Source of the DNA: a cyanobacterium endosymbiont of Epithemia turgida isolate EtSB Lake Yunoko
Lineage (GTDB): Bacteria > Cyanobacteriota > Cyanobacteriia > Cyanobacteriales > Microcystaceae
DNA length: 32,000 bases
Direction of reading: 5' to 3'
NCBI RefSeq assembly: GCF_000829235.1
Contig: NZ_AP012549.1
Location: forward strand, 2,220,001-2,252,000
Below the pieces are notes generated by a model that saw nothing but the letters and a program-made list of their open reading frames with translations, was not told the DNA's origin and did not search any database. How positions within the stretch are numbered: position 1 is the first letter of the stretch; each line of letters opens with the position of its first letter. The translations under genes were made by a program, and so were the position numbers. Shown here one piece after another: positions 30,201 through 32,000 of this stretch.

Positions 30201-30247
30201 AATAATGTTAGCTACTGAAATAATTTTGTCCAGTAGCTAACATTATT
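30201..30247. repeat. 17-bp perfect hairpin
   Basis: AATAATGTTAGCTACTG (30201-30217), a 13-nt loop, then CAGTAGCTAACATTATT (30231-30247). Confidence 0.7.
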
Positions 30248-30379
30248 TGGCAAGATTAAATTACAATTCCCATAAATCAGCGCAATGATAACTTACTTAA
30301 TAAAATATTTACGATAATATCTAATATTTTTTAAAAATTTTAACAACTAGTAAAATTAATTTTTGTGCATCATAGTAAT

Positions 30380-30734
30380 GGAATATTCGCTCAAACAAGT
30401 GGAGAATATTCTGAGGCGTTAGATAATTGTCATGGAGCTTCCAATTTAGAAACAGCTTTTAATGATTATGGCTACCTTTTCTGCAAAATTAGCATTATTT
30501 ATGCTATAAATGGAAAGTGAACTAAAGCTCTATAATACTATAAAAAAATCTGTTAATCTGACTTTATCTATATCCTCAGCTTTGAATAATATTGCTATTA
30601 TCTACTATTATCAATGAAAAAAAATAAAGAAGGATAAAACTTTATTTTATAAAGCGGCTGAATATCGTAAATAAGTGATCTATTTAGCTTCGAATAATCA
30701 CACTGAAGCTTTAAATTGGTTTAAAATATCATAA
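30380..30734 (+). pseudogene. TPR-repeat protein remnant
   Basis: Translation: SGEYSEALDNCHGASNLETAFNDYGYLFCKISIIYAINGK*TKAL*YYKK, then a frameshift inside the A7 run at 30542-30548, then SVNLTLSISSALNNIAIIYYYQ*KKIKKDKTLFYKAAEYRK*VIYLASNNHTEALNWFKIS*. The pieces match the TPR consensus (G.Y.EAL, ALNN[IL]A..YY.QG). The 5' boundary is unknown. Confidence 0.6.
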
Positions 30735-30797
30735 CGTTCATTTCTGAACTTTGTGATATTTTACTTTTTGAGTATTCCCTATTTATGGAAAAAATAA

Positions 30798-31094
30798 ATG
30801 ATTGATCGCCAACAAGTGCAAAAAATTGCTCATTTAGCAAGATTAGATATAACTCCCACAGAGGAAGAAGAATTTGCCCCTCAATTGAACCGTATTTTGG
30901 AATATTTTGATCAGTTAAGTAAACTTGATACCGAAAATGTTCCTCCCACTACTAGGGCAATCGAATTAAGTAACATTACCCGCAGTGATAGTTCAACTGT
31001 TTGCAGTGACCGTGAATCCCTTTTAAAACAAGCTCCGGAACAAGAAGGAGAGTTCTTCCGAGTCCCTCAAATTTTGAAAAGTGACGAAGAATAA
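30798..31094 (+). CDS. gatC: Asp/Glu-tRNA(Asn/Gln) amidotransferase subunit C
   Basis: A 98-aa ORF: [56 protein letters not shown]...FFRVPQIL. This is the canonical GatC pattern. Confidence 0.9.
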   Translation: MIDRQQVQKIAHLARLDITPTEEEEFAPQLNRILEYFDQLSKLDTENVPPTTRAIELSNITRSDSSTVCSDRESLLKQAPEQEGEFFRVPQILKSDEE

Positions 31095-31142
31095 TTCTTA
31101 TAGAACTTTAAATTTTTAAATTACATGTTATGCTGATAGTTA

Positions 31143-31234
31143 GCTCGGACCCATGCGATTGCAACGCCCAAATCTTGTCAGGGCCGGAAGGTAGCAGCAA
31201 CACGGGATGCTTGCAATAGGCGTGGACTCCGAGC
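31143..31234 (+). ncRNA. ffs: Signal recognition particle RNA (small bacterial 4.5S type)
   Basis: The region contains the SRP domain-IV core GTCAGGGCCGGAAGGTAGCAGC, closely similar to E. coli GUCAGGUCCGGAAGGAAGCAGC, with a GGAA tetraloop. The flanks pair as one long hairpin: GCTCGGA/TCCGAGC, CCATGC/GCGTGG and ATTGCAA/TTGCAAT. The exact ends are uncertain by a few nt. Confidence 0.88.
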
Positions 31235-31486
31235 CCCTGCTGCGTATGCGGTAACATATTTATTGTCTTCATCAGTAGCAAATTAGTGTCATGAAAATGA
31301 CTTAATTATAGTTGTGGAATATTGCTGTTGTTCAAGCATTAGTAAAAAATTAGCTTCATTTAATAAAATAAAATGTCTTAATATTTGCTCCGCCTCTTCG
31401 CAATAAAGTTAACAACGAGAGTCGTCAAATATTCTAATGTTAATTAGACTCCCCTTTGGGATCTTTTGGAAGTTCTTGGATATTTG

Positions 31487-31571
31487 ATCTAGTCTATTGC
31501 GATGTCTATCTCAGAAAAACTATTACTTAACTTCAGCATAAGTCCTAGTTAAATCGCAATTTTGACTAGAT
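31487..31571. repeat. Long-range inverted repeat (8+8-bp arms, about 49-nt spacer)
   Basis: ATCTAGTC-T-ATTGCGAT (31487-31503) pairs with ATCGCAAT-TTT-GACTAGAT (31553-31571). Both 8-mers are exact reverse complements. Confidence 0.6.
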
Positions 31572-32000
31572 GATTTTATCTAATATCCTTGCTTTTTCTT
31601 TTATATTTAATCTTCTTAATGTTAGGAAATGATATTACTACTATTGTGCTTACTTATGGAAAATTTTTAGGTTATAAGTTAACTTTATGTAGTTCTTAGT
31701 ATATTAGTTATGCTAGCTAAATTTTTAGGCAATTTATTATTCAGTAATTTCCTTTTTTAAATTACTGATTAATTCTAAGTTTACTTAAGATTACTTATTT
31801 AAGTTGTATAAGTTTATCTGAATAAAAATTATTTTTATAATCAGCGTATTTTGAGCTATTAAATAATTATTTAGATAGCTCAACTGTATTTAACCAGAAA
31901 CTAAACAGATTAATGATACTCTTAAATTAACTAGATTAGTGATACCTTTAGAAGGAGAGTATATTTGATGTGAAAATATAACCTAGTTTCCCTTTAGTTG

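Noticed and set aside
1-32000. Stop-codon reassignment or programmed read-through as an explanation for the in-frame TAA, TAG and TGA codons. I also noted that none of the roughly 13 intact genes here ends in TGA.
   Set aside because: Intact genes terminate at TAA and TAG. The interrupted genes also carry damaged catalytic motifs (Walker A KSGVGKIT, RHS instead of RHG) and frameshifts. One TGA sits where the family consensus has Arg (CGA), not Trp. Zero TGA terminators among about 13 genes is unremarkable in an AT-rich genome.
1-32000. CRISPR arrays, IS elements or transposases, integrases, rRNA genes, and the cyanobacterial HIP1 octamer GCGATCGC.
   Set aside because: I saw none while reading both strands. 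The HIP1 absence is by eye only, needs a computational scan, and was not used as evidence for anything.

Overview
This is an AT-rich cyanobacterial chromosome segment that looks to be undergoing reductive genome decay. The cyanobacterial assignment rests on SasA with its KaiB-like N-terminal domain, a plant/cyanobacterial-type phosphoribulokinase, a DUF3110-like protein and a TerC-family protein. By my coordinates only about 13 kb of 32 kb (roughly 40%) is intact gene. The intact genes are a partial GT2 glycosyltransferase, sasA, a conserved hypothetical, a PD-(D/E)XK nuclease, der, a ProA-like dehydrogenase, tRNA-Gly(GCC), a small membrane protein, prk, a CDF metal transporter, murQ, a DUF3110-like protein, mutS, a TerC-family protein, gatC and the SRP (4.5S) RNA. 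Between them lie four recognisable pseudogenes: a GH57 alpha-glucan enzyme, a ParA-like ATPase, a histidine phosphatase and a TPR protein. They carry in-frame stops and some frameshifts. There are also ORF-free, very AT-rich spacers of 0.7-2.6 kb. I saw no rRNA, CRISPR array, transposase/IS, integrase or phage genes, and I cannot support any novel multi-gene system here. The items most worth a second look are: (1) the decay landscape itself; (2) a ProA paralog whose catalytic-cysteine motif reads V-N-A-I-E; (3) several long, perfect or near-perfect, mutually unrelated hairpins in otherwise decayed DNA; (4) an unassigned island with fewer A/T runs and a 14-bp hairpin between tRNA-Gly and the ProA-like gene; (5) strand-asymmetric A-tracts with a recurring A(7-8)TAT motif in the spacers. 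All product calls come from reading translated motifs by eye. No database search was run.
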